A DNA stretch of 64,000 bases from Meyerozyma guilliermondii (Eukaryota). A program made the translations under genes and the position numbers. The stretch covers positions 1,178,001 to 1,242,000 of the forward strand of contig CP128817.1 in assembly GCA_051546255.1 (NCBI GenBank), written 5' to 3'. The notes beneath the pieces are model-generated. The model searched no databases. It saw nothing but the letters and a program-made list of their open reading frames with translations, and was not told the origin of the DNA. Below are positions 18,312 to 28,179 of this stretch, piece after piece (the stretch's first letter is position 1; each line of letters starts with the position of its first letter).

Positions 18312-21092
18312 ATGCTAGAAGCTGGGCATGAAGGGTCAGAAACTCAGCTAGGAGCTACCATGTCCCGAAATAGCTTCCTGAATGAAGATATGGAACATCT
18401 GGACTTCTCAGATGGTCATTGTGCTAGCTCATTTGCAACGCCAAACAACAGCAGTTTCACCAATGATAAAAGAAGTGACGAAGATAACACCGATTACGAT
18501 GAGCCAGCCAGCGGAATAGTTGTGCAGCGGCCAAAATCAAAAAAGTCAATCATGGATTTTTTTGGAGATCTTTCACGAAGTCAGAATAATCACCTCGCTC
18601 AAGATCGAGATACAGCGCAACACATCAAAACTTTTGAGCCGGCTCTTGGTGTTAAGCATAAGACTCTTAAACAGATGAACAAAGAAAACACCATAAAAAA
18701 TGCGGTAAATATTACAAACTTGGAGCAAAAGTTTTACGATGAAGGTATAAAGAGTGTCACGGCCAAGGAGTTTCTTGCGTCATTTGGCCCCAGTGCCCGA
18801 AAAACTCTCCTCAAAGTGGAGACAGATAAGAGAGACAATTCCAAAACTTCCACCGAAGTAGTACCGGAGCCTATAATCGTGGATGAAGACATTACTGAAG
18901 ACATTCCGGAAGATATTATGGAGGTTGAATCAAAAATCTACAACAATGCTACCAGAAGAATGTCAGCCAGAGACTACTTGATGCTCAAACCAAAACGCAA
19001 GTCGTACTTTGCAGTCATTAAGCTTCCGTCTTCGCGACTCAGAGAAATTGCTGAGCCGAAGGTAGCCAAGTCGTTGGTTGTCAAGCTCAAAGTTGACGCT
19101 GGCAAGTTAAAGCAATTGAGCAACCCATTATTCTCCAGAGGCACCAATTCAAATATAGACTTACCAGGAACCAGTGCAAAACTGCTTTTCCAGCTGATGA
19201 TGCAGCGTGCTACGGCGATCGAGCCTCGTTTGTCACCTCTTCAAAAGCTAAAAGAGCTTGAGCCTCCAATCATTCTCCGTGACAGCTTTCACGTACGCAA
19301 TGTCGAACTGGAAGAAGCAAGGCCGCTTACAGGACTAAAACCTAGAAAAACTACTGTTCCATGTATTTCCCACGAGGACTACTTTGATGGACAACAATCA
19401 AAGATCTTTGAGGAGCCAAGGAAAATACTGAAAAAGCAAAATGGCTTTCAGTCTTTCTCCGAGCTAAAGCAGTACGTCGAAAACAAGGTTCCATCGATAC
19501 ACAGTTATTCACCATTAACCAGCATTTACAATCGCATTGAAAAAGTATATTCTTCACCACAAGACCCAGTTTCTGATTGTGAAGTAGTTGACTTGACACG
19601 AGAAGAGCAGGAAAACCACAAGCAATCCGATCTGCTCTGGACAGACCAATTTGCACCACGTTCATCCACCGATGTCTTGGTCGATCCAGCTCAACAACGA
19701 CACTTGCGAACGTGGATCACAACCACGCTAGACAAACTAAAGTCCCAGTCTTCGTCCAATTTCAAGCGGTCGAGAAGCGACACCCTTGACGACTTTATAG
19801 ACGACACGGAGATTGACGACGAGGAACCGACATACCCAATTATGATTTTGGTTGGGCCGCATGGGTGTGGAAAGTCAAGTGCAGTTTACGCAGCCGCCCA
19901 AGAATTTAATGGGTACGTTCATGAAGTAAATACCGGACAAGGAAGAGGAAGAAAAGATATATTATCAAACATAAAGGAAATTGCAACGACTCATCTTGTT
20001 CATCGATCAAATAACGAAGTGAAAGGCGATTTTCAAAAGGGAATTCTACTTTTCGAAGATTGTGATATTCTTTTCGACCAGGACAAGACTTTCTGGTCGG
20101 TTATTTATGAGACCATGGACGTAACTCGTCGTCCCATTATTCTTACTTGTCATGACATGTCCATGATTCCCAATAATATACTCAATTTGGCTCAGGAAGC
20201 GGGCACAATCCTTGATTTTAGTCGAAAGGGTTCAAAAAGTGTTATCAAAGACTACATTTGGTTATGTGGAATTTCTCAAGGATTTGATATTGACGACTCC
20301 ATATTGAGTAAACTCGATCCTAACGACTTGCGACTGGGACTTATGTCTACTCAAGTTCTATGCAACTCTAAGCCGCTCTGTTCGGCAGAAAGTGAGATCA
20401 CACTTACCAGTATTTCATTCGAGGCAAAAGATATCATCGAGTCAGGTTACTCACTTGAGTCTGTCGCTTCACAGGCCGATGCCTTATCATTGTCAGACGT
20501 TATTGGTGAAAGAACAAAGTCTCAATTCCAACACTCAGTAATGGTCAACGAGTTCGTGGATCAGAACATCATTGACGAGACTTCTCTTTTACAATTACCT
20601 AGTTTGCCATTCGAGCCCAATTTCGGGCACATTTTATATGAGCTGGATTTGATATCATGGGACGGACCACAGGAACCAATTTTGATTCCATTCAATTATT
20701 TACGAGACGAAGTGATTACATTTGTTTCGTCTCGATCCAGAAAACTAACATTGTCTATGCAAGAATATCTTTCAATGAATGAAGGGCCCAGAAATACCAG
20801 ATCGCTGTCGAGGTCTCCAACTGAATGGACTCCGGAACCAATTGGGATAGATGAAAATTCCATCGGTTTCCAGCTTTCCTGTGGGCCGTTTATGACGGAC
20901 TTTTTCCCCGTTGTACAACTATGGGCTCTGTTTCAGATTTCCTTGGACAAAACTGAGGCCGAATTGCTTCAGAGTAAAGATATAAGTGTGAAAAGATTTC
21001 TTCGCTGGCGACAGTTTCAGCATAACCCTCAGCATTTACTCCGACTTGGACTAAGCCAAGCCAGGATACATAGTCAGCATTTAGGATCGTAA
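18312..21092 (+). CDS. ELG1: Elg1, large subunit of the alternative RFC (PCNA unloader)
   Basis: LWTDQFAP, Walker A GPHGCGKS, HEVNT, ILLFEDCD, RPIILTC. PIP-like KSIMDFF and SIM-like IIVDED/VVDLT. Synteny with PNO1. Confidence 0.88.
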   Translation: MLEAGHEGSETQLGATMSRNSFLNEDMEHLDFSDGHCASSFATPNNSSFTNDKRSDEDNTDYDEPASGIVVQRPKSKKSIMDFFGDLSRSQNNHLAQDRDTAQHIKTFEPALGVKHKTLKQMNKENTIKNAVNITNLEQKFYDEGIKSVTAKEFLASFGPSARKTLLKVETDKRDNSKTSTEVVPEPIIVDEDITEDIPEDIMEVESKIYNNATRRMSARDYLMLKPKRKSYFAVIKLPSSRLREIAEPKVAKSLVVKLKVDAGKLKQLSNPLFSRGTNSNIDLPGTSAKLLFQLMMQRATAIEPRLSPLQKLKELEPPIILRDSFHVRNVELEEARPLTGLKPRKTTVPCISHEDYFDGQQSKIFEEPRKILKKQNGFQSFSELKQYVENKVPSIHSYSPLTSIYNRIEKVYSSPQDPVSDCEVVDLTREEQENHKQSDLLWTDQFAPRSSTDVLVDPAQQRHLRTWITTTLDKLKSQSSSNFKRSRSDTLDDFIDDTEIDDEEPTYPIMILVGPHGCGKSSAVYAAAQEFNGYVHEVNTGQGRGRKDILSNIKEIATTHLVHRSNNEVKGDFQKGILLFEDCDILFDQDKTFWSVIYETMDVTRRPIILTCHDMSMIPNNILNLAQEAGTILDFSRKGSKSVIKDYIWLCGISQGFDIDDSILSKLDPNDLRLGLMSTQVLCNSKPLCSAESEITLTSISFEAKDIIESGYSLESVASQADALSLSDVIGERTKSQFQHSVMVNEFVDQNIIDETSLLQLPSLPFEPNFGHILYELDLISWDGPQEPILIPFNYLRDEVITFVSSRSRKLTLSMQEYLSMNEGPRNTRSLSRSPTEWTPEPIGIDENSIGFQLSCGPFMTDFFPVVQLWALFQISLDKTEAELLQSKDISVKRFLRWRQFQHNPQHLLRLGLSQARIHSQHLGS

Positions 21093-21812
21093 TGATTCCC
21101 TTTCAATGCACGAATTTTCGAATTTGATAACAAACACGGTTCTTAAGGGAAATCCATCTTGAGGGTCAGAATGAGCCGTAACTGTAGCACTGAAAAAAGC
21201 AGAGTCGAGAGCACCCTCTATGATTCCAGCAATGAATGCTGAGCAGTTTAAATTACCATAATCCTTTGGAACGACAAAGAATTGCGATACCAACGGTACG
21301 TTATCTGTAATCATGTATTCGTTGTCAGAGTCTTGAGACTTTTCAAGTTCATTTGCAGATTTACCAAACATGGCAATCCACATTGGCAGGTGAAGAAATT
21401 GTAGCATTTCTATGATCTTAATTTCTCTTTTGCCATACTTGAACCCTTCTCTTACTTTTACCAACTCCAAATATCGTTGACCCACTTGATACCCCAAGCC
21501 GTTGAGTCTCAGTTCCAAATCCAGTATACCCTTTGATTGTCTATGAGCCCAGCTGACTATCTCACAGAACAAGAACGACAACGCCGACAAGTTGATTTCG
21601 GCTGATTTTCGATTGAGATTACGATCGTATATGGAATTGAGGGAAGTAGGTGTGAGGCTAATGGTCTTTTTATTGAGAATAATATTGGATGATTCGGGTG
21701 TTATAGCATTGGAGCTTGGTCCCACGGCTGGATTATACCCAAAACCGGGACTAGAGTCCACGGGAAGACTTGAAAGGGACGAAACAGACGGCTGTATGAT
21801 TTTGTCTGTCAT
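21081..21812 (-). CDS. TRS31: TRAPP subunit Trs31 (TRAPPC5)
   Basis: SIYDRNLN, SA.SFLF.E, LNGLGY.VG.R.LEL, LNCSAFIAGIIEG.L. First ATG at 21812. Confidence 0.93.
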   Translation of the reverse strand: MTDKIIQPSVSSLSSLPVDSSPGFGYNPAVGPSSNAITPESSNIILNKKTISLTPTSLNSIYDRNLNRKSAEINLSALSFLFCEIVSWAHRQSKGILDLELRLNGLGYQVGQRYLELVKVREGFKYGKREIKIIEMLQFLHLPMWIAMFGKSANELEKSQDSDNEYMITDNVPLVSQFFVVPKDYGNLNCSAFIAGIIEGALDSAFFSATVTAHSDPQDGFPLRTVFVIKFENSCIERESLRS

Positions 21813-21911
21813 TACTGAAGAGAGAATCACCGCGAGTAAAATATACGTTGTCTTATGTGCAGTATATTTAAATGGTTCCGTTGTTTTGCAGCCATTAACA
21901 ACCCGCTAAAA

Positions 21912-23015
21912 ATGGTTGTTACAAAGCACAATGAGAAGTTTCCGGGGGTTCGAAGGAGTACTAGGTTGAAGAAAAAGGCGATTCCTATTCAAGCATCTAC
22001 AATTGGGCCATCTTTGTCAAGTTTGAGATTAATATTCACCCCTGATCGGCAGAAGAAGGGAATACTTTTTGATGGTTTAGTAGAGATGGGCGGCTGTCTT
22101 GCTACTTCAACACCCAAGAGTAATCAACTAGAGAGCTCAAGAGTTAAGCAGATCCAGGATCAAATAAAGGAAAAGATTTCGAAGGGATCATCAAGGCCAG
22201 TGAGTGAACAGAAGAAAAAGTCAGCAAAATCGTCAGCAGAAAGTGAGGAGAAGTTGACTAATGTCGAGATTGATACATCACAAACCCAGAAAAAGGAGAA
22301 AGTAACGTCATCAGACAAAGACTTTTGCCCTGAAGTTGACCAGGCTCCTCCATGCCAAAACTCAAGTTCACTCAACACTTCCTCCAACCTAACCAAGAAG
22401 CCAAGGAAGTACCCCAAGAAGAAACGTAATGCAAGAAGCCAATTGACAACGATGAAGAGAGTAGAAGATAAGGTTTTGCAGCAATTTAGACCTGCAAGCC
22501 GCACCCAAATCAATAAACTCAGTCCGTCGAAATCCATCAAAAAAATTCCAGTCGCGCCAAAACAGCTTGCTATCCCCCCACCAAAAGCTTCACCAAAAGC
22601 TCCACCCAAACCACCTAAAGCTGCACCGAAAATTCCGCCCAAAGTTTCACCCAAATCTTCAGCCAAAGTTCCTCCCAACGTTCCAAAAGCTCCATTGAAA
22701 GTTCCCAACGTTGCTCCTGCAATTCGTCAACCGAATTCTTCAAATACAGCCACAATCAAGCCGTCTCAATTAGCCGACAGACTGCCGCTTGCAACCGCCG
22801 TTCCTGCACGCGAGCCCATCGCTTATCGAGACCCGAACATACCATCCTCACCCATTCCTTCGCTTCCCATTCCAAAGAACTCAAAACCAACATACCTTGA
22901 GCTTCTAAGAAAATGTGCACCAGGTCCTGATCCCATGAACCTTCTTCGTCCACCAAAACATTGCTGCTGTTCCCATGTCAGACCCGGTCATCGCATCCAG
23001 ACACCCGTGAAATAA
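21912..23015 (+). CDS. Lys/Pro/Ser-rich low-complexity protein of unknown function
   Basis: Open frame over 1.1 kb with ATGs at 21855, 21912 and 22086 (MGGC...); xxPK repeats; C-terminal HCCCSH. Confidence 0.55.
   Translation: MVVTKHNEKFPGVRRSTRLKKKAIPIQASTIGPSLSSLRLIFTPDRQKKGILFDGLVEMGGCLATSTPKSNQLESSRVKQIQDQIKEKISKGSSRPVSEQKKKSAKSSAESEEKLTNVEIDTSQTQKKEKVTSSDKDFCPEVDQAPPCQNSSSLNTSSNLTKKPRKYPKKKRNARSQLTTMKRVEDKVLQQFRPASRTQINKLSPSKSIKKIPVAPKQLAIPPPKASPKAPPKPPKAAPKIPPKVSPKSSAKVPPNVPKAPLKVPNVAPAIRQPNSSNTATIKPSQLADRLPLATAVPAREPIAYRDPNIPSSPIPSLPIPKNSKPTYLELLRKCAPGPDPMNLLRPPKHCCCSHVRPGHRIQTPVK
22575..22712 (+). repeat. Degenerate ~12-nt coding tandem repeat encoding xxPK units
   Basis: CCACCAAAAGCT TCACCAAAAGCT CCACCCAAA... 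gives PPKASPKAPPKPPKAAPKIPPKVSPK. Confidence 0.7.
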
Positions 23016-23046
23016 ACTCGGCGCGACGAATTTACAATGCAACCCC

Positions 23047-24120
23047 ATGACGACGCCACCAACTGTTCATGAGCCAGGTGATAGCGACGGCCATGAGAAG
23101 ACGCTAGAATCAGCCCAAGCAGAAGCGCTTGGAAAGCTTCAGCGTATACCTGTATCTCAGCTCAAAGGCATCATGTCTAGGCAACTTGAACTTGAAGTTC
23201 AATTAAAACATAAAGAATTACAAATGGCAGAGGATGAAATAGGCAAATGTGAAGCTCAGATGATAGCTCTTCGCAACTTCCTCGAGGTCCGACCCGATGT
23301 GAATCTTGAAAATGAGCCTTCAGGTTTCACCACCAAATATCATGACTTGCTCAGTAAGTCCTTTGCGGTCAAGTATTCCGACGTGGAGCGAGAAGAGGCA
23401 ACAAATAACCTGCGACTGCCCAGTTTGGTAGGAGCAACAGACCCAGTGACACCGGAACCAACATATAGAACCCGATCCACAACGTCATCCTTGCGGCCAT
23501 CTGCGGCTTACCGCTACCATACTATCGGCTGTCTATATCGCCGCACCGACGGAGTTATCGTCAAGCTAACGTGCCCTGATTGTCGCCGTAGCAACTTTTC
23601 ATCGGCTCAGGGGTTTCTCAATCATAGCCGCATAGCCCATAGCAAGGAATACACCTCGCAGGATGCCGCGTCACTCAAGTGCGGCGAGATTCTCCCCGAT
23701 GGGGAACAGGACGAGGAAGGGCTCGCAAGCTTGCAAAGCTTGCGCAATAAGGGACTCGACCCCAACGTTCACCTCAATGTGAACGAGGTTTTTTTTAGTG
23801 ATGTTAGGGCTCATCTCCCGGTAGAGAAGAGTATTTCGCCATTGGAGAAGACGGAAGCACCGCAGGCGGTACCGGCTCCAAGCCAGCTAATGAAGAAGCT
23901 TATTAGTAACGGCGTCACCAAAGATAAGGCTGAGTTTGATGCGTTAGTAGCGAATGCTCGAGAAGAGGTCGGAAGCGCTCATTTGTTTCAGGACGAAGAA
24001 GAGGGAGAGGAATTGGTAACAGAAGAGAATGAGTCTAAAAAACGGCGTAAGAGCCGCAGCAGTAGTGTGGCACCCCCACTAAAAATTAAGCTCAGGATGA
24101 AGGTTGAGGACAAGAAATAA
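23047..24120 (+). CDS. AHC1: ADA histone acetyltransferase complex subunit Ahc1
   Basis: QLELEV.LKHKEL coiled coil; CLYRRTDG..VKL.CPDC.R.NFSSAQGF.NH.RIAH. Confidence 0.85.
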   Translation: MTTPPTVHEPGDSDGHEKTLESAQAEALGKLQRIPVSQLKGIMSRQLELEVQLKHKELQMAEDEIGKCEAQMIALRNFLEVRPDVNLENEPSGFTTKYHDLLSKSFAVKYSDVEREEATNNLRLPSLVGATDPVTPEPTYRTRSTTSSLRPSAAYRYHTIGCLYRRTDGVIVKLTCPDCRRSNFSSAQGFLNHSRIAHSKEYTSQDAASLKCGEILPDGEQDEEGLASLQSLRNKGLDPNVHLNVNEVFFSDVRAHLPVEKSISPLEKTEAPQAVPAPSQLMKKLISNGVTKDKAEFDALVANAREEVGSAHLFQDEEEGEELVTEENESKKRRKSRSSSVAPPLKIKLRMKVEDKK

Positions 24121-25103
24121 TATCTCATGTATGATCGATGCAAGATCGAAGTCAACCGTTTGCTTGCATTGCTCCTATTAAAATCCTGCACATAACCGAG
24201 CGCTGGATGACGTCCTATGCACAATTAGATCCCTCGACACTCAAACCTAAAATACCGCTTAGGCCTAGATTCAAACACAATTATGCTCGACGGGGTATAA
24301 GCGCAAGAGGTATATCTTCTATTTTGGCAACATGGCACGTGACTCCATACTAGGTAACATTTTTAAATGTACATATTTGCCAAGCGTTGGTAATTGCAAC
24401 TGTATTTATGTCGCCGGATTTGTTCCCGCGAGCTATTTCCGATACCGTGACGCCTGTATATTTCGCGTAAAGACGTCACAAATATCGCCCAATATGACTC
24501 GCATATGTACGGAGATGCGGCTCATCTTGTTTTAAAAAGAATGCCGCGCAGCACCTTGCTTTGACCAGTCTTGGCCGAGGTTAAGCGACAAATAATCGAA
24601 CCTTCCTTACAATTTGTAATGTATAGTATCATATCAACTCAAATAATTAAGATTTTTCTTTTTGTTTCCATTTATGATGTCATTTTTTTCGTCTGCTCGC
24701 GTCTGTCGCCAGCCATGAAAATTGTGTCTGGATGCGGAATGACGTAATTTCAGTTTTATTGTACCGGTCTAGAACTGTCCACATCAACGTCTCATGGAGA
24801 AACGAGGGGGTCAGATTCATCACATTTTTTGCAATCCTTCATTCTAATTTTACTTTTCTTAACTAAAACTTTACATCCTCCAACTGTTTGCAACAGATAA
24901 GCCTTTGAGTTTTCGCCACGAGGCTGTGTTATATTGTGTTCCGCCCAGTTCCATATTTAGTTGGCGTGACATCGGTCCAAACTAACTGCAACAACATCAC
25001 CTAAAAAAAGAAATCGAGTTAATTTGTTCCTGTTCGATTGCATCCTATAAAAATTTTGACGTGAGTCTCTTGCAGTCGTTATTTTAGCCTGTTTAAACTT
25101 TTG

Positions 25104-27407
25104 ATGAGCTCATCGCCAGCTGTGTGCCCTTCGCCGGGTTATGGCTTTCCTCCCACTGGTGGCGATTATTTTAGTGCCAAGAAGTCGCCATCAAGACTCA
25201 AGTCCAGCATGATTCCAAAAGAACTCCCGGAAGACTTTTCTATGAATACTCAACCCGATTATTTTACCAGTGGTGTGCCTCAGAAAGATGACTATTTTGT
25301 AAACTTTCCTCCAAAAGATACCTCAAAAGCTCCCACTCCACCAGTTAATCCACACAAGCAATACAACTCGTTTGGGTCTACCCTATCGCATAACACTGAC
25401 GGTCACTCGGCACACTCTTCTATGACTTTTGATGACATGAGTGATACCGGCTCCATTCACAAACCGCGATCTACAACTGAACCCAGATTTAGTTTCCATG
25501 GGTCACAACCACTGATGTCTCTGCATAAGTCTTCTTCGCCACCACCTCTAATGACGTTAAGCTCACTTCCCCATCAACTGGACGTTGCAAAAACTACTCC
25601 ACCAGGCTTTACTAAGCACAACACCAGCCCTATGAGTTTGAGCTTTGGCTGTCCTCTGACCCATGTCCACCCCCATCATGCCATACCCATACCCAAAGAT
25701 AGCAGACCGCTTATTGAACAGCTCCCTCATGTGTCATACCTCCCATCACCAAAATTATCCGATACAATCGAAAATTCCAATACCCTCATCGTGGATGTAC
25801 GTCCATTTGCCGACTATATCAAGTCTCACATAAAGGGAGCCATAAACATATGCCTTCCGCTGACCCTTTTGAAAAGACAGAGCTATACCATATCAAGATG
25901 CGTCACTTCGATGCCTGCTTATGAAAAGTCGATTGTAAGCTCATTCGTCGATAACCACCAATCTCATGATGCAGTAATCTTGTACGATACCACTGGCTCA
26001 TCGTCAAATTTGTACCATTTAGCTTGCAAGTTTGGTGACAAATCAATATTTAAATCACGCATCTACATCTTGGATGAAGCTTATGCTGTCTTCAAAGAAG
26101 TATACCCTGACAACATCGTATCTGGTACCGCAGATATATCGTCCAACAAACCTGGAAAAGAAGACCATCTTTCGAAATCCTTGAGTTCTTGCTCTTTGAC
26201 CGAAGAAACGAAAACTCCCACCCTCCATTTCACTCCCATTTTATCCAACTTCAAACTTCCGGACACCCCGAGAAATACCTTCAAAATACGCCATAACGAA
26301 GAAGTGTTGTCCCCTCAACTAGATTCTAGGCAAACTATAACTTTGGAGAACTCATCTTTGTCTAATGAAGAGAGAGCAAAGCTACCAAACTGGATTTTGC
26401 AAACGGTAGACAATCCAATCACCATAGAGAGGGATTTCCAAACGTTGGAGAAGTTTGAAAAGAAGCGGCTCCTTCATGCACTTTCAGGTCAAAAGTTAAA
26501 GAGAGACTGTGCTAACGATAGTCATGATGCTTCATCGCCCACCTTTGTACCATCTATAACCTCAGGTATTGAATTAGGTCACAAGAATCGGTACAAGGAT
26601 ATTTTCGTATACGAGCATTCTCGTGTGCGCCTTCAAGAGCAGCAACAACAGGCTTGTGATTACATTAACGCCTCCTACATTGACCCTTCTGGACTTCAAG
26701 AGTTTTCTAAGGATCCACTGAAGTTACAGTGTAATTACATTGCGACCCAAGGACCATTGAACAGCACCATTGGTGATTTCTGGAAATGTGCTTTGGATAA
26801 CCACTGCTCAATAATTGTGTCCTTGACGGGTGAAACTGAAAACGGTGTGGACAAGTGCTCACCATTTTGGAGAGCTGGAACGTACACTTCGAACTCGACT
26901 TCGATCGTCGTCTCACTTGAAGAGGATGCTCAAATTGATGAGAATTTGCTACTTCGTCGTTTCACCGTCTCAATGGGAAATAATAAACCACAATCTGTAT
27001 TACAGATTCATTTGTTGTCTTGGCCAGACATGGGTTCAATATCCAAGTCTGAAGATATACTTACGGTTGTGTTCTTGAAACAGTTCTTGCTGGACAAGTT
27101 AAAATCGTCTGATGGTAGGGCAATGATCCATTGCTCTGCAGGATGCGGCAGAACTGGTACATTGTGTGCCATTGATACAATTTTGAGTTTGATGAAAACG
27201 AACGGAACCAACGAGTTTGAACGTGATCCCGTTTATGCTATCGTCAATTCATTCCGCAACCAAAGAATATCCATGGTTCAAAACTTGAGGCAATACAATT
27301 CTATCTACGACACCATTCTACTTTTTTTGAAGGACGAGGCAAATGGTACGAGACATTGGCGGCACTTGGAGGACAACTGTTTGGTCCAAAATTTTTTGAA
27401 TACATAA
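25104..27407 (+). CDS. PTP3: MAPK tyrosine phosphatase of the Ptp2/Ptp3 family (rhodanese + PTP domains)
   Basis: DVRPF.DY..SHIKGAIN.CLP(S)TLLKR; KNRYKDI, DYINAS, YIATQGP, WPD, HCSAGCGRTG, QRISMVQ. PTP2 versus PTP3 orthology not resolvable. Confidence 0.85.
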   Translation: MSSSPAVCPSPGYGFPPTGGDYFSAKKSPSRLKSSMIPKELPEDFSMNTQPDYFTSGVPQKDDYFVNFPPKDTSKAPTPPVNPHKQYNSFGSTLSHNTDGHSAHSSMTFDDMSDTGSIHKPRSTTEPRFSFHGSQPLMSLHKSSSPPPLMTLSSLPHQLDVAKTTPPGFTKHNTSPMSLSFGCPLTHVHPHHAIPIPKDSRPLIEQLPHVSYLPSPKLSDTIENSNTLIVDVRPFADYIKSHIKGAINICLPLTLLKRQSYTISRCVTSMPAYEKSIVSSFVDNHQSHDAVILYDTTGSSSNLYHLACKFGDKSIFKSRIYILDEAYAVFKEVYPDNIVSGTADISSNKPGKEDHLSKSLSSCSLTEETKTPTLHFTPILSNFKLPDTPRNTFKIRHNEEVLSPQLDSRQTITLENSSLSNEERAKLPNWILQTVDNPITIERDFQTLEKFEKKRLLHALSGQKLKRDCANDSHDASSPTFVPSITSGIELGHKNRYKDIFVYEHSRVRLQEQQQQACDYINASYIDPSGLQEFSKDPLKLQCNYIATQGPLNSTIGDFWKCALDNHCSIIVSLTGETENGVDKCSPFWRAGTYTSNSTSIVVSLEEDAQIDENLLLRRFTVSMGNNKPQSVLQIHLLSWPDMGSISKSEDILTVVFLKQFLLDKLKSSDGRAMIHCSAGCGRTGTLCAIDTILSLMKTNGTNEFERDPVYAIVNSFRNQRISMVQNLRQYNSIYDTILLFLKDEANGTRHWRHLEDNCLVQNFLNT

Positions 27408-27572
27408 ATTAATGAATAATGATATCCGAAAATTACAAACCAAAGCTTAAACAGTTTTGGATTATCTGCGTAGAAGTGTTATCCACATTGAACTCACCAA
27501 TCTACGTTGTTACATGGTATTTTTCTTACATTTCAGTCCAATTAATCGTAATATTCACTAGCTACCCCCACT

Positions 27573-27884
27573 CTAAGCGTTCGAAGAAATAGCTTGCTTC
27601 AAAGCACCTGGGTTGGCACCAATAACCTTGGTCACAACCGAACCTCCCTTGAGAAGGAGCACAGTAGGCATACTAGAAACTTCGTATTCTTGGGCCAACT
27701 CTCCAAATTCGTCGACATCGACCTTGATGAACTTTGCTTGCGAGTATTCAGCAGCAAACTTGTCCAACAAAGGAGCAATCATTTTACAGGGACCACACCA
27801 TGTGGCAAAGAAGTCGACGACAACCAATCCGTCGTGTTTGAGGGCCTCAGCGAATTCTTCTTTCGATTGGATAGCAGCAACCAT
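27573..27884 (-). CDS. TRX1: Cytosolic thioredoxin
   Basis: VVDFFATWCGPCKMIAP, F.KVDVDE, SSMPT, GAN. Confidence 0.95.
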   Translation of the reverse strand: MVAAIQSKEEFAEALKHDGLVVVDFFATWCGPCKMIAPLLDKFAAEYSQAKFIKVDVDEFGELAQEYEVSSMPTVLLLKGGSVVTKVIGANPGALKQAISSNA

Positions 27885-27920
27885 TTTCTATTTGATGATA
27901 TTGAATAACGCGGACACGGG

Positions 27921-28049
27921 CTTTTATATAGTAGTCGCACGAAAAATCTAGATGACACAAAATTACAAATCCATACCGATTACAAATGTGGCTCACCGAA
28001 ATAAATTATTAACTGTCACGCACTTTTCGGAATCTACTCGATGACAAAA
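27921..28049 (-). promoter_or_regulatory. Thioredoxin promoter: TATA plus candidate Yap1/Cap1 variant sites
   Basis: TATATAAAAG (minus) at 27921-27930; TTACAAA at 27963 and 27980; TGACAAA at 28043. Confidence 0.35.
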
Positions 28050-28179
28050 AGAATATGCTACTAATCACACAGCCTGAGGGAACCTCAACAAGGACTCTTT
28101 CCCACGCGCTTCCACCTTCCACTATCTGTACCGCGGCTAATTCTGAAAGCCGACCATAAGACGGCTGCACACGGGGGGC

